A stretch of DNA of 64,000 nucleotides, from the NCBI GenBank assembly GCA_964016885.1, contig OZ024740.1:83390001-83454000 (forward strand), given 5' to 3'. A program made the translations under genes and the position numbers. Source of the DNA: Eledone cirrhosa. Taxonomy: Eukaryota. The notes under the pieces were generated by a model. That model made no database searches and was not told the DNA's origin. It worked only from the letters and a program-made list of their open reading frames with translations. Of this stretch, positions 26,072-39,480 are shown one piece after another. Position 1 is the first letter of the stretch. Each line of letters starts with the position of its first letter.

Positions 26072-29000
26072 CTACAGTCTGATATAGAGAGAATGCCCAT
26101 TCACTCGGGCCATTCTTGCCACTTTCACCCACCTTTCATAAAACTTGCTGGGGTACAGCACCTCTTTCTCCATCCTGATTCTACTTCCAAAGTGGTATTT
26201 GAAAAAAAGAATCAGTTGTTGGCCGGAGAGAAAGGTGTCTGACCTCAGCCCTTTCAACCTTGTCCACCATACAACCTCTTTCGCCATAGCTATCACACAA
26301 AGGAAAACCGCCTCTCCTTCGTTTTTGAAGGAGGGTGGTGGTTTGATCATGACAATGGACTCGGTGGTCAACCGGATTAGTCCCACCCGCGAAAATAGTC
26401 GTTCTACGTAGCCCCACAGGTCAGTGACGCCCAGGCACTGTATGAATGCGTGCGCGACGGTTTTTTCGTCTCGCACGCACCTCGGACAAATCTTTTTTGC
26501 AGGGTCCCTGCCCGGGCGCCGATGTCTGTAGAGCTTGTCTCGAACTGGTAGAGCTCCTCGGTAGCACTTACAGCCCAGGGACTTTTGGAAGTTGTCCATC
26601 GGTCCCGGGCGGAAGGTCCTACCGAACAGACTGGCCAGTTCATCTTCCTCTACGTCTCGAGTTTCACCGAGCGCGTCGTCGAACTTGCTGCGGATCGACC
26701 CTCTATAGAATGACGAAGTGGAGTCTCCACTGATCGCCGGGTCCGCCTGCCAGAGGGCTGCGAGCGCCTGAGCACGTTCGGTGTGCCACTCGCCCATTTT
26801 TCTCGGTCTTTGCTTGACCCAGGACTGCAGCTCGGTCAGCAAGACGAGGCGTGGGACGGCTCGCTTCACGAAGGGGGCCCACACCGGTTGTCCGGTGAGG
26901 AATACGTAGAGATGCCGCAGCCTGAGCGCGTGTTTGCGCATCGTCAACCACGGCATGCCCAGCCCTCCGTTAGAAGGGTGGTGGCAGCAGATGGATCTTC
27001 TCACCAAAGGAGCCAGCCTCTTCCAAAGGAATCAGAAGAGCGCGCGTTCCATTTTGGCAAGCGTTTTGGCTGGACAAGGCACGACGGTCAAGCGGTAGTA
27101 GATGGCGGACGCTATAAAAGTGTTCGCCACCTCCGCTCGACCTTTCAAGGATAGTTTGCACTCGGCCCACTTCTGGGTGAGTGCAAACACCTTGGCCGAT
27201 AGCTCGTTCCAGTTCTTCTCCACCTGGAGGTCCGGACCAAACCAGACCCCGAGCAGCTTTACCGGTCCTTCCGTCCAGCGTCCGACGACGCCATCTGAAG
27301 GCATCGGTTTTCCTCTCCACGATCCGAGTTTCAAACCGATGGACTTGTCCCGGTTCAGCTTCGCTCCTGTGAAACTTTCGTATTCCTTCAGTAAGGTGGC
27401 GACTTCCTCGATTTGCGAGGCGCTCGACACCATTACTGTTACGTCGTCGGCGTAGGCCGACGCCGCTTTCCGCAGTCCTGATTCCAGAGGGATGCCCTGC
27501 AATAGCTCCAACCTCCGCAGTAGTGGATCGAAAGTCAGTACGTACAGAAGGGAGGAGAGAGGGCATCCCTGTCGAATGGATCGCGTAATATGGAACGGCT
27601 CCGAGAGGTAGCCGTTCACCTTGACCCTTGAGCAGATGTTGCTATTGTGCATTGCAGCAATCCAGTACCTGAACACGGGTCCGAAGCCTGCCGCCTCGAG
27701 CACCGCATCCAGGTAACGATGGTCAAACCTATCGAAAGCCTTAGACTGATCCAAGTTGATCAGGGCCCCACCGAAGCCGGGTTTACACCCTACCCTCTCT
27801 ATGATGTATCGCATGAGGTGGAGGTTGTCGTGTATGGACCTGGTCGGGATTGCGCATGTCTGCGCTTCTCCCACCAGGTTCTCGACGACAAGTGCCAGCC
27901 TCTTTGCCAACACCTTGGCCAAAATCTGTAACTCTGTATTTCGCAGAGTTATGAACCAGAAGTTGCCTATGTCATCCCCCTTATTCTCGTCCTTCCTGAT
28001 TAGTGTGACCACGCCCGCGATTACAGAACTGGGAATTCTCCCGTTCTGTTGCCAGTTGCAGTAGACCGCTTCCAGGAGACCGGAGAATAAGTCCGGCATT
28101 GCTACGTAAATTCGTAGGGTAGACCGTCGAGACCTGGAGATTTGCGTTTGCCGCATTGGCTCAGCGCGTCCCCTATCTCAGCGGCTGAAATCGGCTTTTC
28201 GCAGAACTTTGCCTCGCTGTCCGAGAGTCGCGGTAGGCCGTCGAGGTATGGACCTAAATCCATAGCCCCTCCCGGCGAGCCGCCCCTCCCGAATGTTGAG
28301 CAAAGTGCCGCTGAAAGGCCACACACATCTACTTCGGCTCACGTATCACGCGTCCGTTTTGGTCCTTCAAACACCGAATCGTGAACATGTTGCAACTTTT
28401 TGACTCCGTCACTCGGGCCCAGCTAACAGCTTTGGCTCCCCCGTTTCCCAGAGCACGTATTTTGCTTCTGACAACGCAGCCCTCGTGCTTTGCGTCGAAG
28501 AACTGGTCCAATGCCGTTCTCGTTGCTAGCACGCTGGCTACGTTGCCACTTCTAATTGCCTCTTCTACTTTATCTACCAGTTCCTTCTCGGTTCTATTTC
28601 TGTCTAACGCTAATTCTTTACTAAAAACTATCGAGTCTAATCTAACTGCCCTCTTGAGAGAGTACCACCATCTGTCGTTGACAACGGCCCCTGTCAAGTG
28701 CTGTTTAACTAAAGTGCTAATCCGTCTATTGTAGGCTTTGCTTGTCGGTAACTACAAGTTCAGCTTCCAGTAGCCGGGTCCTTGTCTATGGGTCTATCAA
28801 GATTGGCCATGCAGGTCAATAGTTTGTGATCTGAATAGGCAAACATGAGCATTTGTGGACAGCTTAACATGTCCCTATCCTTATTTCTAACTAGAACCCT
28901 ATCTAGGTACGATCTAGATGTTCCGCTACGATTACTCCACGTCCACAGTGGCGTAGTCGGAAAATCTAGTCGATATCTATCGGCCAGGTCAAATCATTCG

Positions 29001-29504
29001 ATTAACTGTTTGAAGCTGTTACACCCCCCTCAATCGGGACATGCTCCCACATAGTCCCAACGTGCATCTAGGATTCCATTCCAGTCCCCCACTAAAAGCA
29101 AGAAGCGGGCGTTCCCAGAAAAGTCTCTAGACGTTTGAAGATGTCTGGCCGCGGTTTCCCGGATGGGGCATATGCGGCCACCAGCCTGAAGGCTCCACCT
29201 TCACTACCGTCAACGTCTAGGACCACCAGTCGACTCTCCGGCTCCAGATGTACCGTCTGTGTTACGAGGCCCAGGTGTTTCCGCAGCAAAACGACAACTC
29301 CGCCCTCACCCCCCGGTTGACAGAGAGATGCGTAGATCTCAAAGTCATCGAAGATGGGGGCTACCTGTCGCTCGCTGTGGATATGGACTCGCAAATGGCT
29401 ACCACATCCATACTGTGCGACCTGAGGTCGTTTAAGAGTTTGCCCTGTTTCCAAGGCATCCCCAGGCCACGTACGTTCACACATCCAACTCTTATATTGG
29501 CCAT
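26072..29504 (-). pseudogene. Tx1-C ORF2 (APE-RT-CCHC) with several frameshifts
   Basis: Fragments 29092-29541, 28329-28697, 28102-28326, 27032-28156 and 26072-27007. Confidence 0.9.
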
Positions 29505-29539
29505 GTTGTTGCTGAAAAGTTAAAAGAGGAAAATAGATC

Positions 29540-31453
29540 ACTCACACTTCGTCTCCTGGGCACCAGGCTGCACGATTTCCATGGGGTTGTTGGAGGGGTT
29601 GTCTGGTTGGGTGGTGGTTTCCGGCGGGGTGGGGACGGAGATTATTGGTGGGGTGGGGTCTGGTGGGATGGGGGGTTTGGGGTGGGGAGACATTTGAGAA
29701 GGACGCGGTTAAGTGGTTTCACGCAGGAATTCCCTACATCCTTCTCAAATGTTTCTTTTAGGGACCTATAAGTTTGTATAGGGACCCTAATCAGTTTTAG
29801 GTTCAGTTTTTTGTTATTTTTAATAGCATGGGCGAAAGTTTTCCCTTCGGTTTTCACCGAAGGGTCGTTCGTGATGGTCTCCATTAGTGTTTTGTTTTCA
29901 GTGTTTATGTAAGTGTAAGTGAAATTTTCTTGTGTTGTGTTTGTTTTTGTCTGTAGTTCTTGTGTGTGCTTTCGTTTTGTTGTAGGTATTTTGTTTTCAG
30001 GAGGTGGGGGTTTTGTTTGTGATTATTTTGTTGTTTGTGTTGGTGGTTGTATGTTTGTGGTAGTGTTTGCTGGTTTTTTGCTTTTGTGATGTCTTTTCTT
30101 TCTTTTCGAACGAAGGGGTTCTCCCTCGTCTTCACTGGGTGATGGCGAGATAGCCTCATCTGTTGTATCGTCTGTGTGATTGGGGAGGGGTATGTCTTGG
30201 GGAGCTGTTGTGTCTATATGTGATTTTGCAGTTGTTTTAGGTGGAGTGGGGTTGGGTGGGAGTGTGTTTGTTGTGGTTATTTTTGTGTGTTGGTGTTGTT
30301 GTTGTTGTCGTGGTATTGGTGGTTGTGTTGTTTTGATGGGTGTCGGCAGAAGAGCCTTTTTTATTCATTAATTTAGGACAGGAATCCCTCAGGTGACCCC
30401 TGCTAAAGCAATGGTAACATGAAAGCCGCCTACCCTCAACCGAAAGGTTTATGTAGGTGAGTCCGTCCAGGAGTACACGTTGTGGGATCATAGCTATTCG
30501 CTCTGGACTCATTTGCACCAGAACTTCAATGCTAGTCCCATTGAATACATCTCTGGGGGACTTTCCTACTTACAGTATTCTGTCTTCATCAAAATTGATG
30601 AAGCCGCACAGTATCCACAATATGTTTACCTTTGGTGTGACACTCGTGATTTTGATCTTGTGTGTCCTTTTTCCCATGTATGTAGGGAAAAAGGTGTACA
30701 GGTTGGATACAATTGGCGACACAGAGTAATTTTGGGCCGTCATGAGTACCGAAATACTCCCAAAAAGTTTGCTTCTTTGAATGAATGCAATATCATTCAT
30801 TGAATTATTGAAAACCAAGTCAATTTCTTTCTGTGACAATTGGCCTGGTTTTCGGGTAGAATTGGAAACTGTCTTAAAAACTATCGTTTTGAGAGCAGTT
30901 TCCTATCGAATTTCTACCGGAGAATTGATGCTGAAAGAACCATTTTTTTCGAAAGTGACATATCTCCTAGCGTCCTTTAAAAGTTGTTCAGCATTTGTTA
31001 TGTCGAGATATGTCAGTCCCTCCCTTTTCTGAACTGTCTGTGCAAAGGAGATTTTTGGTTTTTTGTGGAATTATCCGTGTTGGTCGTGTTGTCATTATTG
31101 TTGTTATTGCTGTTGTTATTCTTGTTGTCACCGATGTTGATATTATTCGTATTTTCCCTGGTGTTGGTGTTGGTGTTTTTGTTGTCCTTGATCCTGGTGT
31201 TATTGGTGTTGTCTTTATTTTTTTCTTTGTTGTTGTTATCATTGTTGCTTTTATCATCATTATTGGTGTTGCTGTTATTTTTGTTGTCATTGAACTGCTT
31301 GGTGTCATTTGTGTTATTTGGATATGAATTCGTTTTTACATTTTCATTTCGTCTTTCCATCTCTATAGTATCTAGTAAAGAAGACGATGTTGACTGCGAG
31401 CTTTGTAGTCTTACCGCCTCTCCACCACCATTATCGTTGGATGCAGCGTTCAT
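29540..31453 (-). pseudogene. Tx1-C ORF1 (Asn-rich region, CCHC knuckle), disrupted
   Basis: Fragments 31013-31453, 30570-30839 and 30237-30518 (CYHCFSRGHLRDSC). Confidence 0.75.
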
Positions 31454-32539
31454 AACGTAATCAAACTTTTACAATATTTTTTCCAAGATTCGATGGATAC
31501 TAAATTCTTCAAACGGATATTTCGCCCCTGTAGGGGCGAAAATGAGTTGACCCACCACCTGAAGTTCCAGACGGAGGGCCAAGTTACACAATAATATAAA
31601 ATTTAACTAAAAACTCACGTTTTTTTCTTACATAAATTAACGGAAACTTCTCCGCGAAGTTACACACGTCTGATAGATAGATAGATAACTGTAGATATCG
31701 ATATAGATACATATGTATAGTAGAAAAAAAGTATTGATTAATATAGAATCAAGAATTTTAATAACATACTAAGAATAATATATTATAGACATGACGTCAA
31801 ATTTAATTTTAAATTCATAATCGCTATTATGAAAACGGTAAATTCAAGCGGAAGTTAGTGTTTCTAAAGAGAACATTTCAGCTAACCTACAAAATATAAT
31901 ATATTTTTAAAAAAAATGTCAACATATTCTTCCATATAAATGACATATATGTGTAGATGTTCCATTTAGATTTAACGATGCAGGAAATAACGAATATACA
32001 TTCCTCACGATGTTTGTTGTGATACAAGTTATTCTGAAATAAATTCAAGTCTTCTATTCAAAAGTTTTAATAAGATTCTACATATTGAATACATATGCCT
32101 CAAAGGAAGGAGACATGTAACTCATTCAAAATAATGAACTATATTTCAAATATATTAAATGCTACGTGTTGCAAAATCTTTTGTATCAATTATGGAATAT
32201 TGTTAATTATCCGCTCAGAATGTGTTTCTTTTTATATACAGTGTACTGATAATATATTTCAGATGCATTATATTACTATTGCTTGCATCACCTTGACATT
32301 ATTTCTATAAATTTGATTCACATCTGCTTGATGGTTATTGAATATATTCCGTCTTCTAGACACGTGCATACGCACATTCACACAGTAACACAGGCGCTAA
32401 CATTTACGGCATACGTTATGTTTCTGTATATTTGCATTTGAAGACATTTTAAGGATTGGAAAACGCATTTATATAATTTACCACAGGTCCAAACATTCGT
32501 AAATTCTATAACTGACAACATGATCAGAAACACGTATAC

Positions 32540-32597
<58 letters not shown>

Positions 32598-32601
<4 letters not shown>

Positions 32602-33210
32602 TGGCTGCCAACTCGTTTTCGAGTACGGCCACTACTTTATATCCATGTAGGAGAACCCCTACTGATGCGCTGAACAAGTGTGACTTTTTAGTACAGCCAG
32701 TGACTTGAAAACACTGGTAGAAACACTACACTTGTGACAATTATTGACACATAGTGCTGGGCCCATGGTACCATGTGATGACAAGTGCAGAGAGATCTCC
32801 AGATACAAAGCAATGCCTGTGCCGTGAAGCTTTTATAGTTAGCAAAGGCACTGCACAAAGCCAGTCCCACTCTCTTAACCAAGATGATATTTACCAAAAA
32901 GAAGAACAATGGTATCCAACATCATTGGATACCATCAGAGTTGCAGGTGTTATATCAGAGTTTTTCTTCTAGAATTCTGCATTGACAAAGGCTAAAGGGC
33001 CATCTCTCCCGGTGATTTTGGATGGACATTGACTCTTAAGAGCCCCTTTGCCCGTTGACAGGTTTTGTTTTTAGTCCTGCAGAATGCCCAAAGTCACCCT
33101 CCTCACCAAGAAACCTTGGTGGGGTTGCCAGATTAGTCGCCAACGACCCGACCATGAGACAGGTTGTACTGGGATACATGTTAACAGTAGCACCAACTGG
33201 TGACCTGACC
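32598..33210 (-). mobile_element. RTE-like LINE 3' fragment in (TA)n
   Basis: Homologous to 37223-37777. Degenerate C..C.RVFKSLAGLKSH tail, ending ttggcagccacc-(AT)n. Confidence 0.65.
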
Positions 33211-33216
33211 TATATA

Positions 33217-33327
<111 letters not shown>

Positions 33328-33791
33328 TGCAAATTCTAAGAGTATTGCAATCACTTGTCAGATTCAGATGCGTGACGCTCGGATAGGGCTTTTCAAGCCT
33401 GCTAGAGAGTTGCACTCCTTCCCACATTGACGACAACTTTGGATCTCCCAGGCCTCGCGTCTTGCTTCATGTCACCTGTGAACCTTCACAATACCGTGGA
33501 GAACATGTTCCACTGGTTCTATTTGAACATGACTGCAACTGTGGCTCCTGAGACCAGCTTTGCTCAAGCAAATCTTTCCACACTCAGGGCACACCAATTC
33601 AATGGAGACACCGTTGGTTTTGAGAGATACACCAGGGCATTGCTTACGTACATCCCTTTTGATATTTTCGTGTTCTATGCGTCCGTCCTCAAAATTATGG
33701 ACGCCATCATTCCCCATTCCACACTAAGTTTCTCTTTCTATCCCTCAGTCAGCCACCATCAAACCAGTTTTTTTCAATGAGTCGTTTACAC

Positions 33792-36700
33792 CAGTGGTCG
33801 CCAACATGAGTTCCGCGGAACCTTGGAGTTCCGTAAAACAAACTCTGGGTTCCTTAAAAAAATAAATATTTACATTACCATTAGTATTTTGGGTTTTCTG
33901 AAAAAGGTGCAAAGAAAATGCCAAAGGTGCAATGTATAAATGAACAAGTACTATTGTAGTGAACACAGGTTCTCCACTCTAATTCGTGGAAAACACTACT
34001 TTCAGTTTCTCACTTGAATTAGCAGAAAAACACTGTTCTGAGATTCGTGGAAATTGAATACTTTCAATTTCACATCAATTCTTGGAAAGACATAGTTTTC
34101 TGAATTTCGAGAATTTGACTACTACTGATAATACACTAATTGAACTTATAAATTGACCAATCACGAACAAGTAAATGTTGGTCGATGATAGCATAACTTT
34201 AAACTGAAAACTTCAGTTCAGCGAGGTCTCTCAGCCAAGAGACAGGGTCAGTTCGCTGTTCTCACAACGTAAGTTCAGTAGAATGTTTTCAATAGAGAAT
34301 ACTTTTTAATCTGCTGCCCTCACAAAAGCTTTAAAGTGATCTAAAGTTTCCTCACTGAGTGAACTCGCTTACTAGTCGTTTTCAACATGCATCCAGCTAC
34401 ACAGACAATTCTAAATAAGAACACGTTACATTCTGTTGTACTTTGCACAGAAAATATAACGCCTGTAAAGTTTCGACTACTAACAAAGGTAATTTTGCAT
34501 TCCATGCATTCACTATAAACTTTGCCACACAATTATGTATTCATTTGATGACATCTGCATTCACAATTGAGAAATTACTTTATACAATAAATATATATGT
34601 CCACAAACATTTTGACTAAACTTTATTTCTTCCAATCTAATATATGTTTAACGCAGCCTAAAGCCTTCTTATATTATATCTAACTTTGAGTCAAAATAGA
34701 TAGAAGATATCTGAATTAATTTCCAATACCATCGCCATATCTACACTAACAGCTGATTTTCATTTTTTGCTCCTTTTAGTATGGCGGATATTTAAATATA
34801 TTTACATTACCAATAATATTTAATACGACCCTAAAGTAGTATATGCAGGAAGTGCTGGACTCTGAAAAAAAATTCTTCTAGTTGTTCATAAATTTGCACC
34901 TTTTTCAGTAACCCCTAATATTTTAATATTATTATAAGACTTTAAATAATATGTTTGCCATCCTAAAATGGAGAAATTTCAATTTTTAAAAATTAAAATT
35001 TCTTTTTAACTAGTTAAGTTTTTCCAAATATCTAAAATTAAAGTTAATTTAAGTACTTTTTGTAATTAAAAAAATTTCTCTTGTTTATTAATGTCATATT
35101 AAAAATGTTAACTGTAGTTAAATAACATTGATATGATGTCTACTGCAAAGAAGCTGAAGTTAGATACCAGCAATAAGGTTAGACAGTGGTGTGATGATTA
35201 TGTTAGATATGGATTTCAAAAAGCTGACACTAAAAAAGATACACCAGATCAGCCCATGTGTTTGCTATGTTCAACTTAAAAGACACATTGATACTAATCA
35301 CACTAATGATAAAAACAAGTCACTGGAATACTTTACTTCGCTGAAAAACAACATTAAAAAATCACAAGCTAATATGTATGACTTGTCTTGTAAAAAGTCA
35401 GATAGAAATAAAGCTTTAACAAGAATATCTTTTGAGATTTCACATTTGATTGGTAAAAACAAGAAACCATTTACATTAGGAGAACAGTTAATTCTGCCAA
35501 GTATAAACATTGCTACAGAGAATCTTTTTAAAAGCTGCAGTATTAAGGACAAAGAAAAATTAAGCCAGTTACCATTGTCATCAAATACCGTAAAAAGAGG
35601 GATAATTGATATTTCTTCTGATATAGAAAATCAGATACTAACTGCACTAAAGAAAAGCCCATGTTTTGGACTGCAAGTGGATGAAACTACGGATATTAAT
35701 AACAAGGCTCAATTAATTTGCTATGTACGGTTTGTAGACCTTGATAAAAAGAATTAGTAGAAGAGTATTTGTTTTGTCTGGCATTAGACATCACAACTAA
35801 AGGTCAAGATATATTCAATAAAATTGAAGAGTATTTTTTAAAAAATGGTGTATCTTGAGCAAGTTGACTTCAATAACAACAGATGGAGCAGCTGCAATGA
35901 CTGGTAAAAATTCTGGTTTGATTGCAAAAATTAAAGAACAGACACCAAATTGTATTTCAAAGCATTGTATGATTCATCGAGAGGTTTTGTGTTAAAAAAA
36001 ATTCAAAGACAGAGATGCTCAAATATTAAATGACCAGCTGAAAGACATTGTCAAAATTATCAATTTGATCCATGCAAGAGCAAAAATTCTAGAATGTTTG
36101 AATCTATTTGTGAATCTTCTGGAAGTAATTATAATATATTGTTATTGAACAATGATATGCGTTGGCTGTCTTTTGGGGATGCTATGAAGAGAGTTTTTGA
36201 ACTGAGAGAAGAAATAATAGTTTTTCTAAAAAAACAGAATGATGAAAGAGCAAGTGTATTAGAAACCAATGAATGGAATGTGCAACTCGGTTATTTAGTA
36301 GACATTTTTGGTGAACTGAACAAACTAAATAAATGTTTTCAGGGTGACAATGCAGATATTTTTACTTCAATCAATTTTATTACATATTTTCAATCAAAAT
36401 TAAACATCTTTATAAAAAGAATTGAATCGGACAATTACTTTCAAACCTTGAAATAGAGCTTAAAAAGAGAGAAAATTTTGACTCCAGCAATCTAAAGAAG
36501 ATTATTCTTTCTCATTTAAATGTGCTTTCCACAGGTTTTTCAGATTATTTTGACTTGATGGAAAAAGATATTGTTAGCGGAAATTTATGGATAAAAAGCC
36601 CGTTCACCGAGATCGAGCAGTTAGTGTCAGAAAATGATGCTGGAAATTGTAAAAATTGACTACCTGGCTTACATCAGTTGATGGACTTGAATTCAAACGA

Positions 36701-37121
36701 AGACCTGAAAGTGATATTCGAAAGCAGAAAGAAAGAACTATGGATCGACTTATTCTTGATTGGGGAGTTTAATGAAATCAGCCAACTTGCATTGAAGTAT
36801 TTGACTTTATTCCCATCTAGCTATTTGTGCAAAAAAGGGTTTTCGCAGTTGGTGGACATCTGCACAAAGAAGAGGAATAAACTGTCAGCAATTCACGAGT
36901 GAATGAGACTGGCATTAACTAGTGTGGAACCTCGATTTTCTAAACTCACTGATGAGGCGCAGCAGCAGAAAAGCCATTGTGTTCGATTACATACACACGC
37001 ATGAAACACTAAAATAAATAAATACTTTATTTTTTTTGAAAAGTTTTGTATTGTATAGGTTCCGTGATGAATTCAAAATATTTAGAGGATTCCTCGGTTT
37101 TAGAAAGGTTGGCGACCATTG
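33792..37121 (+). mobile_element. hAT DNA transposon, Buster/Charlie group
   Basis: TIRs CAGTGGTCGCCAAC / GTTGGCGACCATTG. 8-bp TSD gtttacac (33784-33791) / ctttacac (37122-37129) with central TA. Confidence 0.93.
35133..36980 (+). pseudogene. Buster-type (ZBED5/FAM200-like) transposase, disrupted
   Basis: KKPFTLGEQLILP, PLSSNTVKR, LQVDETTD, TTDGAAAM, HCMIHRE, RWLS and SYLCxxGFS motifs, with stops and frameshifts. Confidence 0.9.
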
Positions 37122-37222
37122 CTTTACACAATCCTTGAATCGGAGCTTTGGTTGGTAGGGTGGTCTCTTAAACTTTACACAGCTCGCCATACAAATACAT
37201 ACATACATACATGCATAGATAC

Positions 37223-37777
37223 ATGGTGGCTGCCAACTCGTTTTCGAGTACGGCCACTACTTTATATCCATGTAGGAGAGCTCCTACCGATGCGCTGAAC
37301 GAATGTGACTTTAGTCCAGCCAGCGACTTGAAAACTCTGGTACAAACACTACACTTGTGACAATCACTGACACATAGTGCTAGGCCCATGGTACCATGTG
37401 ACGACAAGTGCAGAGAGATCTCCAGATATAAAGCAATGCCTGTGCCGTGAAGCTTTTATAGTGAGCAAAGGCACTGCACAAAGCCAGTCCCACTCTCTTA
37501 ACCAAGATGATATTTACCAAAAAGAAGAACAAGTCAACATCATTGGATACCATCAGTGTTGCAGGTGTTATATCAGAGTTTTGCTTCTCCTAGAATTCTG
37601 CCTTGACAAAGGCTAAGGGGTCTTCTCTCCCTGTGATTTTGGATGGCCATTGACTCTTAAGAGCTCCTTTGCCCTTTGACAGGTTTTGTTTTTAGTCCTG
37701 CAGGATGTCCAAAGTCACCCTCCTCACCAAGAAACCTTAGTGGGGTTGCCAGTTTAGTCGCCAACGACCCGACCATG
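37223..37777 (-). mobile_element. RTE-like LINE 3' fragment, same family as 32598-33210
   Basis: CHKCSVCTRVFKSLAGLKSH. Flanked by (CATA)n-like repeats. Confidence 0.65.
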
Positions 37778-37841
37778 ATACATACATATTTACATACACA
37801 CATACACCATCAAACACACAACCATGCAGGCACGCCCACAT

Positions 37842-37879
<38 letters not shown>

Positions 37880-39104
37880 ACACACATATATATATGTGTG
37901 TGTTTCCTTATTTATTTAAGTGTAATTTGTGAGTGTAATATTTGCACCATTGCCACCGATAAACTTTGTTGTACGCATGATTTAGTACCATTAAGTGTGT
38001 ATTCAACTTTGATGTTGAATTGCATTTAACTCAAATACACCTTAAGAGAATTTGTGTAATTGTGTATATGAATTCATTACATATACTCATTTCTGCAAAC
38101 TGTAAATAGAGTAAACATAAGGAACTAAAATATTCATGAAAACAAAATAGTGTGTACCAATGTGTCCTATTGTAAACAAATATACTCATTTAGCGTAACA
38201 GATCTTAAACAACATTTTTCGAGATCACATATCCAGTGTACTAAAGTCATTGTTGTTTGCAACTCATACGTCTTTAACACAAGTTAATGTAACAAGTTTA
38301 CTTTCTTAAAATAAGCCCCTTGAACAATACTTGATTTGACGGACAACGTGTTTGTTTAGAAAATTCCGTGAACTTTAATTTAAACTATCTGGTTTATTGT
38401 GCATTATAATCCAAAACAAACTGCGACTTGCCTGATTCTACCTGCCACAAACGGCTAACAAACTCAAACGCCTATAACTTCCTAAGCAGATTTCTAATTT
38501 GGCAGTCGGATAAAATTATTTTCAGATGCACGTTTCATTTATTTTAGTTGTGTGTACTGTTCAAATATTACCAGTTTATAGGTTCCTATAATTCGAATTT
38601 CATATAGATTGTAGTACATCTCTCTCAATTGAACTCATTTTCACATTTAGTAATATGTGTGTGTGGCACACATTGAAGGAAATCAGTGTCAAAATATATA
38701 GAATGGCGAGGGTGGTAAGGCAACTGATCAACAATCGAGATCAGTTTATTTAAGGCTGATAGAAAGTAAATACAGTGTATAGCATTTCTAGTTCATTGCG
38801 TTTAGTTCTTCGTAATTTTATGTGTTGTGGAAAAATTGTGCATAACCAAGGCAAATACAATAATATATTGTTCAGAATATATTGTTATTGTTCAACATCA
38901 AAACAAACCTATATTCGAGTGGATTTGTACAATGTATATATTTTTTGTGCATTAAATGCCTACCAGAAGGGATATAAATATCATCAGATAAATGTAAATA
39001 ATGAGTTTTATATTTTAATTTTCCTTTATGCTGCACTGTTGCATAGTATTTAGTAAGTATTGCTAGTGTGTCGGATAACAATGTTTACATAATACGGCCC
39101 TTTC

Positions 39105-39250
39105 GCCGAGAGTAGATTTGCCTTTTATCTCCTCTTGTTCGATAAAATAAAGTACAAGTAACGTTCTGGGGTCAATTTCATCGACGTTGACCCCCCTCCC
39201 CATAAGTGTTGGTATTGTGCCTCAATCAGAAACCGTTATTATTATTATTA
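39105..39250 (+). mobile_element. Decayed tRNA-derived SINE (body and tail)
   Basis: tttgccttt...tcgataaaataaagtac...tggggtcaat...ttgtgcct...(tta)n shared with other copies. Confidence 0.7.
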
Positions 39251-39267
39251 ATATTGGTATTTTATTG

Positions 39268-39480
39268 GCAGTATCTGATAACATCCTTTACGATATAGAG
39301 TTTTGGCTCTTTCGCAAAGCTAACCTCTGCGTTCAAATCCCGCTGAGGTTAGCTTTGCGATTTCATTGTTTTGTGGTTAATAAAATAAAGTACTAGTCAC
39401 GCACTGTGGTTGAACTATGCGTCTTTCTCTTCCTTTCAAACCGCCAGCTTTGTGCCAAATCTAAAACAGTTATTATTGTT
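39268..39480 (+). mobile_element. Decayed tRNA-derived SINE
   Basis: B box gttcaaatccc, then gaggttagctttgc...taaaataaagtac...ttgtgcc. Confidence 0.7.

Larger units (their letters stand above)
25833..31671 (-). mobile_element. Tx1-clade LINE copy C, apparently full length, decayed, bounded by (GATA)n
   Basis: RT includes KSPGLDGLPYEF, LDQSKAFDR, QGCPLS and AYADDV. gatagatagatagata lies immediately beyond the 5' end at 31672. Confidence 0.93.

Noticed and set aside
38520-38720. Possible small host exons (ttttcag ATG...; GTG|gtaagg)
   Set aside because: No recognisable protein, and such splice-like motifs are expected by chance in AT-rich DNA.
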